This document shows positions 52,301 through 63,595 of a stretch of 64,000 bases of DNA, piece by piece. Each line of letters opens with the position of its first letter. Position 1 is the stretch's first letter. The notes under the pieces are model-generated. The model saw only the letters and a list, made by a program, of their open reading frames with translations. It did not search any database and was not told where the DNA came from. The translations under genes and the position numbers were made by a program. This DNA comes from Tubiluchus corallicola (lineage: Eukaryota > Animalia > Priapulida), in the NCBI GenBank assembly GCA_030141605.1, contig JAQGDQ010000138.1, positions 248,001 through 312,000 on the forward strand. The letters are read 5' to 3'.

Positions 52301-55258
52301 ATCAAGAGGAGATCATTATATGATCGTTCAAAATGGTTGGGAAGCATATGACTGTGTGGGATGATTCAATACAGATTTTTTTATACAACATTAAAAATGA
52401 TGTTGCCAAAAAAATTTGCAAACAAACCACTTTATCTTACAAATCCATTCCTTAATAATTACACCTAAATCAAATTTCCTAGAGTGCTGTGCAAAAACAA
52501 GTAGTGGACATAAAGTGTCTGAACATGTTTTGCTGCTTCAATAGGCGTTGTTAACAAATCCTCTGAAAACTTTCCTTCCAATAGAATCACTTACATGTCG
52601 GCATCACAAAAACAATTAATGCACAGCATGCAGTTCTTCTCCAGAGAAAACATGATGTACGGTTCTTGGTGAATCCCTTCAGAAAAAAAGAAAATAAGCA
52701 CATAAGAAAGGGTGAAACAGTTAAATGCCACAGTATGGCGAGTTAGTTGAATCATGTTTTGGGACTAAGTTGATAAAATTATAACAGTTATTCGATGATC
52801 TCTAAAAAATTAGCTTAAAATGGTGTGAAAGTAACGTCGAAATCACGAAGAATATGACAAAAACAAAACAAGTACTTATACCGCATATTTTATGCACATC
52901 ACGCACTCGCTTGGACAACTCAATCACATCATGTTGTTGAAACATTTTAGCTTGGTGTGTAAGAGTGCGGCAACTATAACACAGTGGCTGATTACATGTG
53001 TTGCAGTAAAACATTGGAAGATTATTCTGCAAAAACAAGAACATGTTATCATGCTTTGGCATTTAACAATCAGTATGTCAACATACAGAAAGCCTTACAA
53101 ACATGTATCAAGCAGCACAAACCTTTGTAAAGTTCACAGCCAATACATACTTACACAAGTGCATAATGACTACATTGCACAGACAGTATGACCTAATTTG
53201 ATCTGTAAATTTCTCACGAAAGAAGATATAGTAACAATGGCATTATTATTGATACCAAACGACTGGCAGGTCGATCTGCGCATATTCAATACATTATCAC
53301 ACAGCACATGAACTATGGCAGGGTACCATTCTCTCTGGCTGTTTGTTTAGTAATTTAAAGAAAGCATCTGCATTCAATGGGATCAAGTTTCTTCATGTGT
53401 ACCAGTGAATGAATAAACAAAACAAACCAGACCTTGTTAATCAATATCATGTTCTGACTTTGCATCTACGTACAAAATCTATATAACAACCAGTGCAATT
53501 AACAAACTTCCAGTTCATCTCAAGAAAACAATCCACTAAATCAGAACATTGCAAGGTAATTATTTCAATAGCACATGAAAGCTTATATTGCATATAACAC
53601 TGTAAGGTAATATTCCAATATCATAAAAAAACTTATTTTGCATATAAAGTCATAATAGTATACCTTATCACAATTTGCACATATAGCCTTTTCTTCCTTA
53701 AAGAAGTCTACCATAAACTCCATGATTAAGTCTTTGGGTGGAACTAATGAACCAGTCTCTAATTGGGTATCTTTACTAAATAAATAATGCAAGAATTACA
53801 AATTTAAATAGCATAGAAAATAAAGTTACATATGTTGGCTCTGCCTTGGAAAATGGATAACTTTTAAATTATTTTCTAGTAATAACACAAAAGAATTTAA
53901 AAACAACTGTAGTATTTACAAAGTAACTTGTAACTCATGTGATAAATTCCATTTTAACGAAATTGATTTAGAACAAGTCTTTGAAGATACGTTCATAATG
54001 CCACAATCCAAAACAAAACAAAACCAAAAAACAGAAAGGGATACTTCTGGTTATATAAAGTTGAAACTGGTCACACTTTTGGTTTTGAAAATGCTAAAAT
54101 AAGCTTCCTTCAATAAATACCATTAAGCAAAACATTGTCAAATCGACTTTAACTAAAAACTGTGTTAATTCAATCTGTGAATTTCAGATTGATTAGTCGT
54201 GTCTTAACAAACTTGAAATTTAACTTGATATATACAGCTTATAAATTATAATTTTCGTTTTTACTTTCCGTTTATTGTTGTATGTAGGTTTTCATTTTGA
54301 TAATGCACCACCACCACAAAGAATTTTCCTAAATTTTGTTTTGCATGCCAGCAGCCTATTTAAAACAAATGTATTTTTTTATTGAACTCATACTTGGTGT
54401 TTTTAATGATCTTTTGCATCTTTTTTGTATTTTCTCTACTCTACATTCTGTGAGTCATTAATGATTGTTAAAATCATAAAATCCAGGAAACAGGTATTTA
54501 GTGAATTCTTTGTGCTTTTTCTTCTTTTTTCAGCCACTGAAAATAGCATGTATGGTACAATAACAATGTGTCTTTTTCATCTCTTTACTTCATTATTGTG
54601 GGAATTTTTTTTTGCTATATCCAAACTAATATTTTTCATCTTAGAGAACACATTGCAGCATATTTGAATTGCACCTACCCACAAAGTGGACATATGACCC
54701 ACTGTTCCACAGCTCGGCCACGTAAACACCGTTCACAGAAACTATGAAAACACTGAAGTAGACAAGGAGCTTCAAATATTTCACTGCATAGCAAACATAG
54801 AAGAGGGTCTTGACTGCAACCACCGTGCAGCTCAGTGTCTTTAACCGGTAACAGCCTGTCTGTAAAATGAATAAATTTCTACAAAAAGCAGCTCAGCTTA
54901 CAAAAACCAGCTTTGCAGGTATCAGTTGGCCATTCTTTTGATATTGAGATAGGTATAAGTAGACATGCATAACTGGGCCTAGTACATCAATCTTACTGTA
55001 TTGCTTAAACTAAATACCAAGTTCCAATTTAAATACAAGAACCACAATAGCTACTTTAACTGAAAGGACCATAACTTGTTTACTAAGTACCCACTTACAT
55101 AATTATATTATTTAAGTAATTAAATTTCATAAGCATAAACTACTAAAATAATTTGGATTATGGAAGGTACATGAAATCTAAATAAATGATTTCATAAATA
55201 GTTTTGTGTCTTTTTTGCAAAAACAATGGCAAAAAATAAGAAATATCTAACCAGACAT
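39863..55258 (-). CDS. RNF207: RING finger protein 207 orthologue (RING C3HC4, B-box, coiled-coil E3 ubiquitin ligase), multi-exon; about 720 aa if the terminal exon is correct
   Basis: 14 GT-AG exons with consistent phases. The translation follows recalled human RNF207 in order: CLLCSEIFEAPCLLQCFHSFCERCLRGRA..CPLC, CANCD, YCNTCNQPLCYSCRTLTHQAKMFQQHDV, HQEPYIMFS, QFEQKESLFKSQLSHLGVLLPTLHVYLVICSSFMASANKYEFL, LKDMVQNLHRDLT, ENEY..QLRPY. Confidence 0.92.
42170..42249. repeat. 40-bp tandem duplication (2 copies)
   Basis: aaagaaaccacagctacatcatagcaataaacaaagtcat repeated with 2 mismatches. Confidence 0.85.
42379..42498. repeat. 40-bp tandem repeat (3 copies)
   Basis: atgat(a/g)ataatgaagtcgatgacac(t/c)actgttatactctt three times. 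Confidence 0.9.
44716..44833 (-). CDS. RNF207: RNF207 coding exon 14
   Basis: ttttgcAG ... GC|GTAAGC; encodes VQVQEMEIFQKENEYILRILRQLRPYLENL. Confidence 0.85.
45384..45510 (-). CDS. RNF207: RNF207 coding exon 13
   Basis: tgtAG ... GAAG|GTAACT; encodes VCFAMEERISQQQHFLAGACDELKNYWAMCRQAIAAEEETYE (compare human WEEAYQRVANEQEIYE). Confidence 0.85.
45900..46025 (+). mobile_element. Small CR1 LINE RT C-terminal fragment in an RNF207 intron
   Basis: QLDNLSYSDKLKKTGL..RHLKSQLIECY resembles the CR1 consensus LSYxERLxxLxL..RRxRxDLIxxYK. Confidence 0.5.
46372..46482 (-). CDS. RNF207: RNF207 coding exon 12
   Basis: cttcAG ... AAG|GTATTC; encodes EFRQDFHQLKDMVQNLHRDLTVRHCL. Confidence 0.88.
47190..47340 (-). 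CDS. RNF207: RNF207 coding exon 11
   Basis: aaacAG ... CTG|GTACGT; ends SDGPFIGHCRSYEPEYL (compare PFAEHCRHYEDSY). Confidence 0.85.
48691..48801 (-). CDS. RNF207: RNF207 coding exon 10
   Basis: ttttAG ... GA|GTGAGT; begins RCLQGLL (compare RCLEPLL). Confidence 0.82.
48934..49034 (-). CDS. RNF207: RNF207 coding exon 9
   Basis: ttttgcAG ... AG|GTATGT; encodes MLMERLSTICQKSNSVHPLQNSHITTSYKQEFAR. Confidence 0.9.
49578..50150. mobile_element. Tigger/pogo-family MITE in an RNF207 intron
   Basis: CAGTAGGCGCTGTTTATTAGACTC ... GAGTCTAGTAAGTGGTGCCTACTC termini, shared with 57153-58062 and with the element ending at 62144. Confidence 0.8.
50226..50367 (-). CDS. RNF207: RNF207 coding exon 8
   Basis: ttgcAG ... 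TAT|GTAAGC; encodes QFEQKESLFKSQLSHLGVLLPTLHVYLVICSSFMASANKYEFLSIAY. Confidence 0.93.
51891..52063 (-). CDS. RNF207: RNF207 coding exon 7 (coiled coil)
   Basis: tttcAG ... AA|GTAAGT; encodes AIRKLQSSTRMGIVTYRTLLDQLKESARNEKLAI. Confidence 0.9.
52192..52267 (-). CDS. RNF207: RNF207 coding exon 6
   Basis: cttgcAG ... AAG|GTAATC; encodes AERSRCFDLETAYCNARAKL (compare CVDLESAY). Confidence 0.9.
52595..52676 (-). CDS. RNF207: RNF207 coding exon 5
   Basis: tttttctgaAG ... AT|GTAAGT; encodes IHQEPYIMFSLEKNCMLCINCFCD. Confidence 0.9.
52882..53026 (-). CDS. RNF207: RNF207 coding exon 4 (B-box)
   Basis: tttttgcAG ... G|GTATAA; encodes FYCNTCNQPLCYSCRTLTHQAKMFQQHDVIEL. Confidence 0.93.
53664..53775 (-). 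CDS. RNF207: RNF207 coding exon 3
   Basis: tatttAG ... AAG|GTATAC; encodes LVPPKDLIMEFMVDFFKEEKAICANCDK. Confidence 0.9.
54679..54859 (-). CDS. RNF207: RNF207 coding exon 2 (RING finger)
   Basis: ttttacAG ... GG|GTAGGT; encodes DPLLCLLCSEIFEAPCLLQCFHSFCERCLRGRAVEQWVICPLC. The ORF track shows this stretch in a different frame. Confidence 0.93.
55252..55258 (-). CDS. RNF207: RNF207 start (ATG TCT G) at the end of exon 55252-55346
   Basis: Acceptor ctttcAG at 55347-55348, then cacaATGTCTG|GTTAGA. Phase 1 joins the RING exon to give MSDRLLP. Confidence 0.7.
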
Positions 55259-57152
55259 TGTGAAATGATTTAAATTTCGTTTCTTAGCTTGTTGCTAGTT
55301 GGATGAATGAAGTCGTCACTCTTATCTCCTCTACAACTGTCTCAACCTGAAAGTATCAAAAGCATTCATATTTCATAGTGCCATTTTTGTAAAATCCCAT
55401 TTCAAAAATTTTTCGTTGCATTGTGGTATAAAAATAGTAAGATCATGGAGATGAGGTCAGGTAACAATCAACAAGCTATAATGCAAGAAAAATTTTCACA
55501 AGAAAATGTAAAATTTTTGAGCCTGTGTTGTCATGTACCAACAGGACAGGCCTTATGAGGTGTGGGGCCCTAATTGAACCAATTTTGGTGTGCTCCAAGT
55601 TCCAGCTAAAATCTGTAAACAATAACATTAAGAATATACTACTACAGGCTTTATATTTCTATAACAGAATGGGAAACAATTAAAATGCATGATTAAAATG
55701 AGCAATGCATGCGATTTAATGGACCAAAAGGCTACATTTTTATATAAAATTGCATGTAGGTAAGTTCAACATATAACAAGCAAAATGTGTAGATCACCAC
55801 TGAAAAGTACAAAGTCACAACATCACTGTTTTAATAACTCTGTAAAGATTTACTAAAAATAACAATTGATTTTCATTCAGAAAAAGAAAACATGAGTGAT
55901 CAGCATTGCTGGAGCCCAGATTAATTGCCACTTTAATTAACTTTTTAACTGCATTGGTAGTGAATTTTTGAAATTGTAAAAAGATGTTTGTGAACACCTT
56001 ACACTGTTTATGCTTATATTTCTATAATCTCGGTCATCTAGAAAATTAATTTACTTTCAAATAAAACTTGTTTTGTTTAGTGTAGGTGTCTGGGGCAACA
56101 TTTGAAGCTAATTTTATTAGCAAACAGCTGTATCTAATATTGTGTAAAATATACAGCACGCAGTAGCTTGCAATACCCGGGCAAAATAATGTAGGGCTAC
56201 ACGTTGAAAATACAATTTAACAAAGAACTGTTAACCCACCCTGGGAGTTGTCTTTTGAAATATTAATGAAACAGATAAAAAATTGCTTTTGTGCATAAAT
56301 AGGTAGGGCAAACATTTGCTAAAAATCCACTTGTTAATCTATATTTTTGCAAAAAAAGGTGTTCGAACTCTTGTAGTGACAACACATGCAGATGTTCAGT
56401 CATTTTGTTAGCAACTGCAGCTGCTAGCCTTAAATATACCTATTATATTTCAATTTCCCTGGAGCTCTAAGAATTGCTTATAGTATATAGACTTAGCACT
56501 GTCTACCTTCAGAGTAACATGCTTTTTGAACGGTTGTGTTTTGGAAGCAAACAACTGAGTCAGATGCAAAAATTCTCACACATATTCCGGCATTTTTGGT
56601 TCTTTTTCACTTACCACTCATTTATCTCAGTTTATAACAGAGGAATGAATACAAGAAAAAACTTTCCCACTTTACTGTGAAATTCAAATACAGAGCAACC
56701 AGGAGTTTTACCATGAGCATTTTACTGCACTGTTATTCACTTAAAAAGTTTTTGCGAATTTGTTGAAAACGAAAAAAGGTCCACTTTAATGGTACAACAC
56801 CATTACACATGGAAGAACATTACAATTTTATCAGTGTTGTAGCCAGTGCAGTAGGCAGGCATGCTAGGTAATGTGACATCTCATTAAAAGAGAATCACAA
56901 TCTTAAGCTATGTACCCTCATTACCCTCATAGCCATATTAAACACTATATATACAGCTTGCATTTCTAACAAATTGTGTGTTGCTCCTCACAGATGGCGG
57001 CCCTGTAGTGTACTGTAAAATGTATTCTGAATTCCTAATTACAGCACGTGCATTATTTTAGATTCTTTCTTTATTCTCTTTCATCTGTCGGAAAATAGCC
57101 AATGGCTAATGTTGCTTGTTTATAAAGTTTCGACAATAAATATTTTTTACTA

Positions 57153-58062
57153 CAGTAGACGCCTCTTAATAGACTCACGGTTAATAGACTCAATAGCTTA
57201 ATTGACTCAAAAACGCCTGGAACGGGCCGCTTCTATTCAAATACACAAAAAACCTATCGGCAATTGACTCAAATAACTCCGCATAATTGACTCAATATGT
57301 TTCCTTCACCTACTTAAAATAAGATATATGTATGTCCCAAAGAGTCTTTTGTGCACTATGCATGCAGAAACAATCATGTTAAGTACCGTTTTGTTTATAA
57401 GCAGTACATTTATCATGCGCTAATATGCTAACGTAGAGATTTTGCTGGTCCACTGTTACCCATGGAATTTCTGGAAGCTAAACATTTGATCACTTGCCTA
57501 GCGGTTTCCTTTTAATGCTCTCGTTGCAAATCACGCTTTTGGGCTTAATGAGTTAACAGTCAAAGATGCAGGTACAGTAATCAGCCGGTATTCCTTGTAA
57601 CTTACAAGAGTAAACATCGTACAGCAAATAAGAGCAATGTAAGTGAGCAGGCGATTCAGTACTGCTCTAGTCACACACAACAACAGATTTCCAGCGGCTT
57701 TATAATTACGAGAACTTTGTGGGCCAACTTCTTCGTGAGAAAATGAAGCAGCCGACTTTGAAGGAATTTTTGTAATTTTTGCAGATAAACAGACTTAGAA
57801 AACTGTAATTTAGAAAAGTATACTTTTTAATTTATTGCTAATTCACTTTTATAAATTAATATTTTAAAATATTTTTTCTAATTTTTAACTGCACAAAGGA
57901 ATTTAGGCGTTACTTCATTTCTAAAATTCATTAAAATCCTTTGCAGTGCATAGCCAATGACTCATACTTTTATACGTGTAATACTACACCCATCGGTTCC
58001 CGTCGGTTAATTGGGCCAAAACATGTCAGTCCCAAAGTGAGTCTATTAAGCAGCGCCTACTG
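57153..58062. mobile_element. Non-autonomous Tigger/pogo element with TA target-site duplication
   Basis: ta|CAGTAGACGCCTCTTAATAGACTCAC ... GTGAGTCTATTAAGCAGCGCCTACTG|ta. The 3' 370 bp is collinear with about 61770-62144. Confidence 0.88.
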
Positions 58063-58189
58063 TATCAAATGTATTGCTTAACTATATATAAAAGCAAAGC
58101 ATGAGAGCAAAATTTAACAGACTCTACGCAACAAAAAATACAGGTGAGAGGCAAATTATAATATTATATTATATGTCTACATCGATAAC

Positions 58190-58680
58190 TCACCACCATT
58201 CAAGGAACATATTGATGAAGTCTATAAAGTTACTCGAAAACGTCTGTTATCTATAAATAGGGCATTCACATACCCAGAATATGATATGTTTTTAATTCTC
58301 TACTCCATTTAAACCAATCCATCCAGAGACCAGCAACCGAAATGATACCAGCATTGCATGACCTATCATATTTTGAAAGCACTCAGAGGTTACAACTCAC
58401 ATCACCCCGATACAAAAGAAAACGTGGAGACATGTTAACCACATTTCGAATTTTCAATAATGATACCAAATTAAATCTGGAACGCTACTTTCAAATCAAC
58501 TATAGGAGTAACGGGCACAAGATCTGTAAGCCTAGATGCAGCAACAAGAACCAATCAATGATTGGAACAATTTGGGTACATATATTAGGAATGCAAGACG
58601 TCCGGATCACTTTGAAAGACAATTTGACGAATGGTGGGCAGATCATCCAGAAAAAAGCCATTTGCGTCCTAAAAATTTGA
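58190..58680 (+). mobile_element. 5'-truncated CR1 LINE (RT C-terminus)
   Basis: RAFTY, ATEMIPALHDLSY..RLQLTSPRYKRKRGDMLTTFRI, RSNGH..K, WNNL and FERQFDEWW follow the CR1 C-terminal consensus. Confidence 0.85.
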
Positions 58681-59899
58681 GGTAAAGGTACATACAAATG
58701 CGACAAGACAACTATTTTTTCTCCTTTTTGTCATCAATTTTTTCACAAATTAGCAACTTTATCACTGATGCATAGACTGTTGGGCGCCGAGTAACCCACT
58801 AGCCGAAGTAGGACAATTGGCGTACAAAGGCTGCCCAAATAAGACACTAGAGACAGGTCGCAAATTGAGTCGTTAAGCATACTGGCACTGTCCATTGTCC
58901 TATACACGTTGAATAATTTATTATATATCTGATAAAATAAAAGAATTTTATTGTGCTGCTAGAACGGACAATATTAAATATGGCTTCGATATTAATGTTG
59001 TTGATGTGAAATAAACCCACTTTTTAGGCGATTTCAACATTTGTTTAAGGTATGTAATTCTTTATTTTGTCTCGCTTCACAGATAGGTGATCCATTTCAC
59101 TACCTCTTGGACAAATTGTTTTCTCCTAAGTAAACGTTCTAGCGATCTATGTGCCCTACATGGGTTAGCGAGCAATGTACGACAGTGTCCTACATGTTAC
59201 AATACTATTGATATTATTAAAACTAATTGTCTTTGCTTTTCCTAAATGTTAAAAATTACTTTTTCATGTTGTAAAGGCTTAGCAGCATCTGTCTCATTTT
59301 TAAACTCGCAATTATTTCTGTAATAACTGTGTGCATAATTTCTGAAACAGAAACATGGGACATCTTTGTAGCATTTCAATCAAATACGGCTGTAAGGTAA
59401 GATTACCCTTATTGCTCGGTCCGTGCTCACGACCTCACGTGAACTAATTGAATCTGTTGAAGAGCTTGTTAAAGAGCTCTTCAACAAGCCATAGAACCTG
59501 CTAAAAACCTGCAGGAGGACAAATGTTAACATACTTAGATTTTGCACAGAAAGATGTAAGCACTTCAGCATTGATCCTTAAAAACAAATCCACTTGGGGC
59601 ATTGCAGCGTGTAGGGAGTCCTGGCATAGAGAGGTGAGCAGAATCACGTCCCTGGACGTTTGATTCAGTGAAAGAAGAAGAATTGAATCGGTAGTGGTGC
59701 TGACAAGCCACTGACTTTATTTTCATCTAAATTAAAGTGTTTTGTCTTAAATGCTCCCTGCTTGTATGGTTAGGCATCCTGCTTTCTGCAATGATTCAAG
59801 CGCGTAGTAATGGTAGTTGTGGTAGCATCAGCATGGATTCTTGTTGTAGTTGTATGCTTAGTTATAGCAGTAGAATTAGAAGATCGAACAACACATGGG

Positions 59900-61020
59900 T
59901 CATCATAATGCTGATTTAATAAGAATTGGAACACTCAGTGTTCGAGGTTTCAGAACAAAATTGAAGGAAACAAATCTTTTAAAAGATCTAGACAAATATC
60001 GATTGGCGTTTTTGGCATTACAAGAAACTCGTGAAATCAACAGAGAATTATTCCTTAGATAACATGTATAAAATATTGCATGGAGTATAAAACTCACATT
60101 AAAAACAAGCAAATTACAATCGTAAATGGCTATGCACCCACGCTAGTGAAAAGTTAAGAGATGCTTTTTATGATGATTTGGATAACTTTATTAGTACAGT
60201 ACCTAAAAGTCATTTGCTAATCATTTGTGGAGATTTCAATACCAAGATTGGATCGCTGCATAATTCATTACCAGAGCATATAGGTAAATATGGAAAAGGA
60301 ATTCCAAATTCAAATGGATTACGATTAGCTGAAGCTGATGTAGCCAAAAGTCTGGTTGTCACTAACACTGTATTCCAACATAAATACGCTCACGTCACTA
60401 CCTGGGCAAACAACACAGAAAAATAAGAAGTCATGGAATGGGGAAGGCAGGAGAAATCTTATAAGGATTCAAATAGATTTTGTTATGGTAAGGAAAATGC
60501 ATATGCCACTAATAAGAAATTCCAGATCGTTTGCTGATTTAAACATAGATACCGACCACTCTTTGGTTATGACTAAGGTTCCGGTCAAATGGGTAAAGAT
60601 GCTACAGAAAAAGCAAAAAACAAAATACTTAGATGTTGCCAAGCTAAAGGATAGAGATTATAGAGAAAAATACAATTTAAAGTTAGAGCAGAACATTACT
60701 AAATCTCCACCTGGTGAGACATCTAAAAACACAAATTTGCAGTAGGAAAAATTCAAAGTTCACATAAAAAATTCGACAGCAGAAACACTTGGACATATGA
60801 GATTTAACGATAGAAAGGTTAAAGATGATGAGATAGAAGCTTTGTCTGCGAATCAGAAAGTTTTGAAAGATAAAATACACCAGTGTAAAAATTTAGCAGA
60901 AATGGATGATCTTAAGAAGAAATGCAAGGAAATTCTAAAGCAAATTCATGAAAAGCTAAAACAAATAGAAGAAAAAAGGTGACTGGTATCGCAGAAGAAA
61001 TTGAGCAATACATAGTACAA
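59900..61020 (+). mobile_element. Degenerate RTE-clade LINE ORF (endonuclease domain; RT missing)
   Basis: IGTLSVRG, ALQETR, IVNGYAPT, LIICGDFNTKIG, IGKYGKGIPNSNGLRL, TNTVFQHK..HVTTW, QIDFVMVR and IDTDHSLV, with frameshifts. Confidence 0.88.
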
Positions 61021-61024
61021 TACA

Positions 61025-62140
61025 ATGCAATTCCAGTACGATAAACTTTCAAAGAGGTGTGCAGCACTATAGTTGAAAATTTCCCAAAGATCTCTCAGCA
61101 GAATTTTGCAAAAATGATATGAAATTGAACAGTCAGCAAGCCAAAATGAGTATCTAGCATCTAAGAGGCAACGCACAGGAAAAGACTGTGGTTTGCAAAT
61201 GCAAGAGAAAAAGATGTTCGAGTGAACACGCCTTTAATGTGACAGAAAGCAGAAGATTTGGCAAAAAAATGTTAGAGGAAGACTGCTGCAACAGTGGGGT
61301 GGTTTAAGCGATGGAGAAAGCGTGAAAACATCATTTACAAACGTACCCATGGTGAGGAAAAGGATGCTGATGTTCCAGCTGCTCAAAATTGGATAGAAGA
61401 AGAGTGGCCAAAAATTATTGCAGGATATTCACCTGACAACATTTACAATGCGGAACTGTTTTAGTCATGACCGATTCATTTGCGATTCAAGTCCCACTAT
61501 GTTGCAAGAGATAAGCCTGTCACCATCTGCTCCACCTGGTATGAGCAGCAGCGAGTTTGAGACCTGGGTGGAAATTGATTTGGCCATTCAGCCACATCGC
61601 AAATAACTGATGATGAAATCATCACCATTGCAAGGGGGAGTCAAGATGAACCTACCGAGGATGATGAAACCACTTGCGAGGAAACAAGGGCACCACCAAC
61701 TGTAGCTCAAACACGCCAAGCGCTAAATGTTTTACGTCAATATGTGCATCACACAGCAACAGATTTTCAACGTTTTTATAATTACAAGAACTTTGTGAGT
61801 CAACTTCTTCGTGAGGAAATGAAGCAGCCGACTTGAAGGAATTTTTGTAATTTTTGCAAATAAACAGACTTGTATAATTTAGAAAAGTATACTTTTTAAT
61901 TTATTGCTAATTCACTTGTACAAATTCGTATTTTAAAATATTTTTTAAAAATTTTTTAACTGCACAAAGGAATTTAGGCATTATCTCGTTTCTAAAATTC
62001 ATTAAAAACCTTTGCAGTGCATACTAGGCTGATGACTCATACTTCTATACCAGTAATACTACACCCATCGGTTAATAGGCTCAGTCAGTTAATTGGGTCA
62101 AAACACATCGGTCCCAAAGTGAGTCTATTAAGCAGCGCCT

Positions 62141-62144
<4 letters not shown>
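61025..62144 (+). mobile_element. Internally deleted Tigger/pogo (CENP-B/TIGD-like) transposase relic with right TIR
   Basis: QYDKL..LKISQRSLSRIL (HTH), WFANAREKDVRV, GWFKRWRKRENI..HGEEKDAD, GYSPDNIYNA, an acidic C-terminus, and right TIR gtgagtctattaagcagcgcctattc. Confidence 0.85.
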
Positions 62145-62179
<35 letters not shown>

Positions 62180-62339
62180 GTGTGTATGTGTGTGCGTGTG
62201 TGCGTGTGTGCGTGGTCTTTCGGGAGCATTTCCGCTTACACTTATACAACTCAAGCTGATTGATTTCTTTTGTTGTATTGTCCCAGTCGCTAATTAATTT
62301 AATACATAGTTTCTGAATGTCTTATTCCCGTGTCTTACA

Positions 62340-62910
62340 TTAGAGGAAATCCTTTGGCCTTCAATGTTTTTCTGGTGATAGAATAAACAATTTGGAACAT
62401 TCATCAAATTCATTTATAGTAATATAACCACTATATGTTATGTCTTGTTTTGTAGAAGAAAATTCTTTTATGGTCAAAAGACACTGAGGACATTATCCAA
62501 ATGCCTTGAAACAAGACACTGTATTGATTTTTGTAAGATATGTGTGAAGATGTCTGCAACAGATAATCAGTGCTTCCAGTTACAGGTACATTTATAATAC
62601 TGATGACATAGTTTGAATAATAATTCCCATAATTATTATTAATTGTTTCTTAACACTGGTTTTTCCATGCGTGTTAATGAATTCTGAAAGGAGCCATCTT
62701 GCCACATGTTTGATTTTTAAGCATTTCACAAATAATGTAAGTACCCACAACTTGTACTGTAGCAAATGTCTAAGGAATTTTTTGGATTTTATAAATTCAT
62801 CATAAAATATCACTTTTTGCTGTTGATGATTACTTTGTGATAGACTTGTATTGAAAAAGGTGATATTGATGATTCTGGCAACTAATGAAAACTGTTTAGT
62901 GCACACTTAT
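62340..62910 (-). mobile_element. Highly degenerate piggyBac-like transposase relic
   Basis: Minus-strand IFYDEF..LRHLLQYKLWVL, DYLL and YSITRKTLK resemble the piggyBac motifs DE..RHxLKQY..KLWVL and YSxxRKTxKW. Confidence 0.4.
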
Positions 62911-63520
62911 TTGCATTATCATTTACTAATATTGTTATAGTATTTTTGTTAACATTCTACACAGCGCTCTCCTCAGGGCCTGATCAGAGACTATAAAACA
63001 AACAAAACATAACTTTATTTTCGCTTAAACACAGTTACAAAATGTGTGTTTGCAGTGGTAAGGATGTCTCCATACTGGACTTTGCCAGGATATAGTCTGC
63101 ATATCGCCCGTAAAAAGAACACTCATGTTTTGCTGTGTGCTCATATTTCTTCATAAAGTTTGTCAGTTAGGAAATGAGACTACACTAGTTGCTGCATTAT
63201 TGTCATAAGTAAGATTTTAAGTATATAGGCCGTATAATCTTGAAGAATTTTAAACCACCTCAGTATTCCAGTTTTTAAAGATTGTCCTGTATTATCTGTT
63301 TTTATTCACTTGTAGCGATTGTTTATACAACAGTACTGTGGCTTTGTTTATAGTTCCTGTACTGTAGTCCACAAAACACTCTACTGGTAACCCACATAAT
63401 TTATTTAATGAAAAATAGCTACAAGCTTAATTTTTACTGATTGTAAACCTACTTTACATTAGTTTTATATACAATGATACACTAACCATTGTTTATTTTG
63501 TTGTGCATTTTTCTTTTTAG

Positions 63521-63595
63521 GGTATCAACAGATTATATTTAAAAATCTCTTCAAGAAAAACAAGTATAACAGGACCCATAAAAGGAAATCACCAG
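63521..63595 (+). other. Isolated candidate exon of a plus-strand gene continuing beyond the window
   Basis: Strong acceptor ttttctttttAG and donor CAG|GTAAAA around a 75-nt segment that is open in two frames. No homology recognised. Confidence 0.3.

Noticed and set aside
54641-54823. 60-aa minus-strand ORF MVAVKTLF...
   Set aside because: Wrong frame of the RNF207 RING exon.
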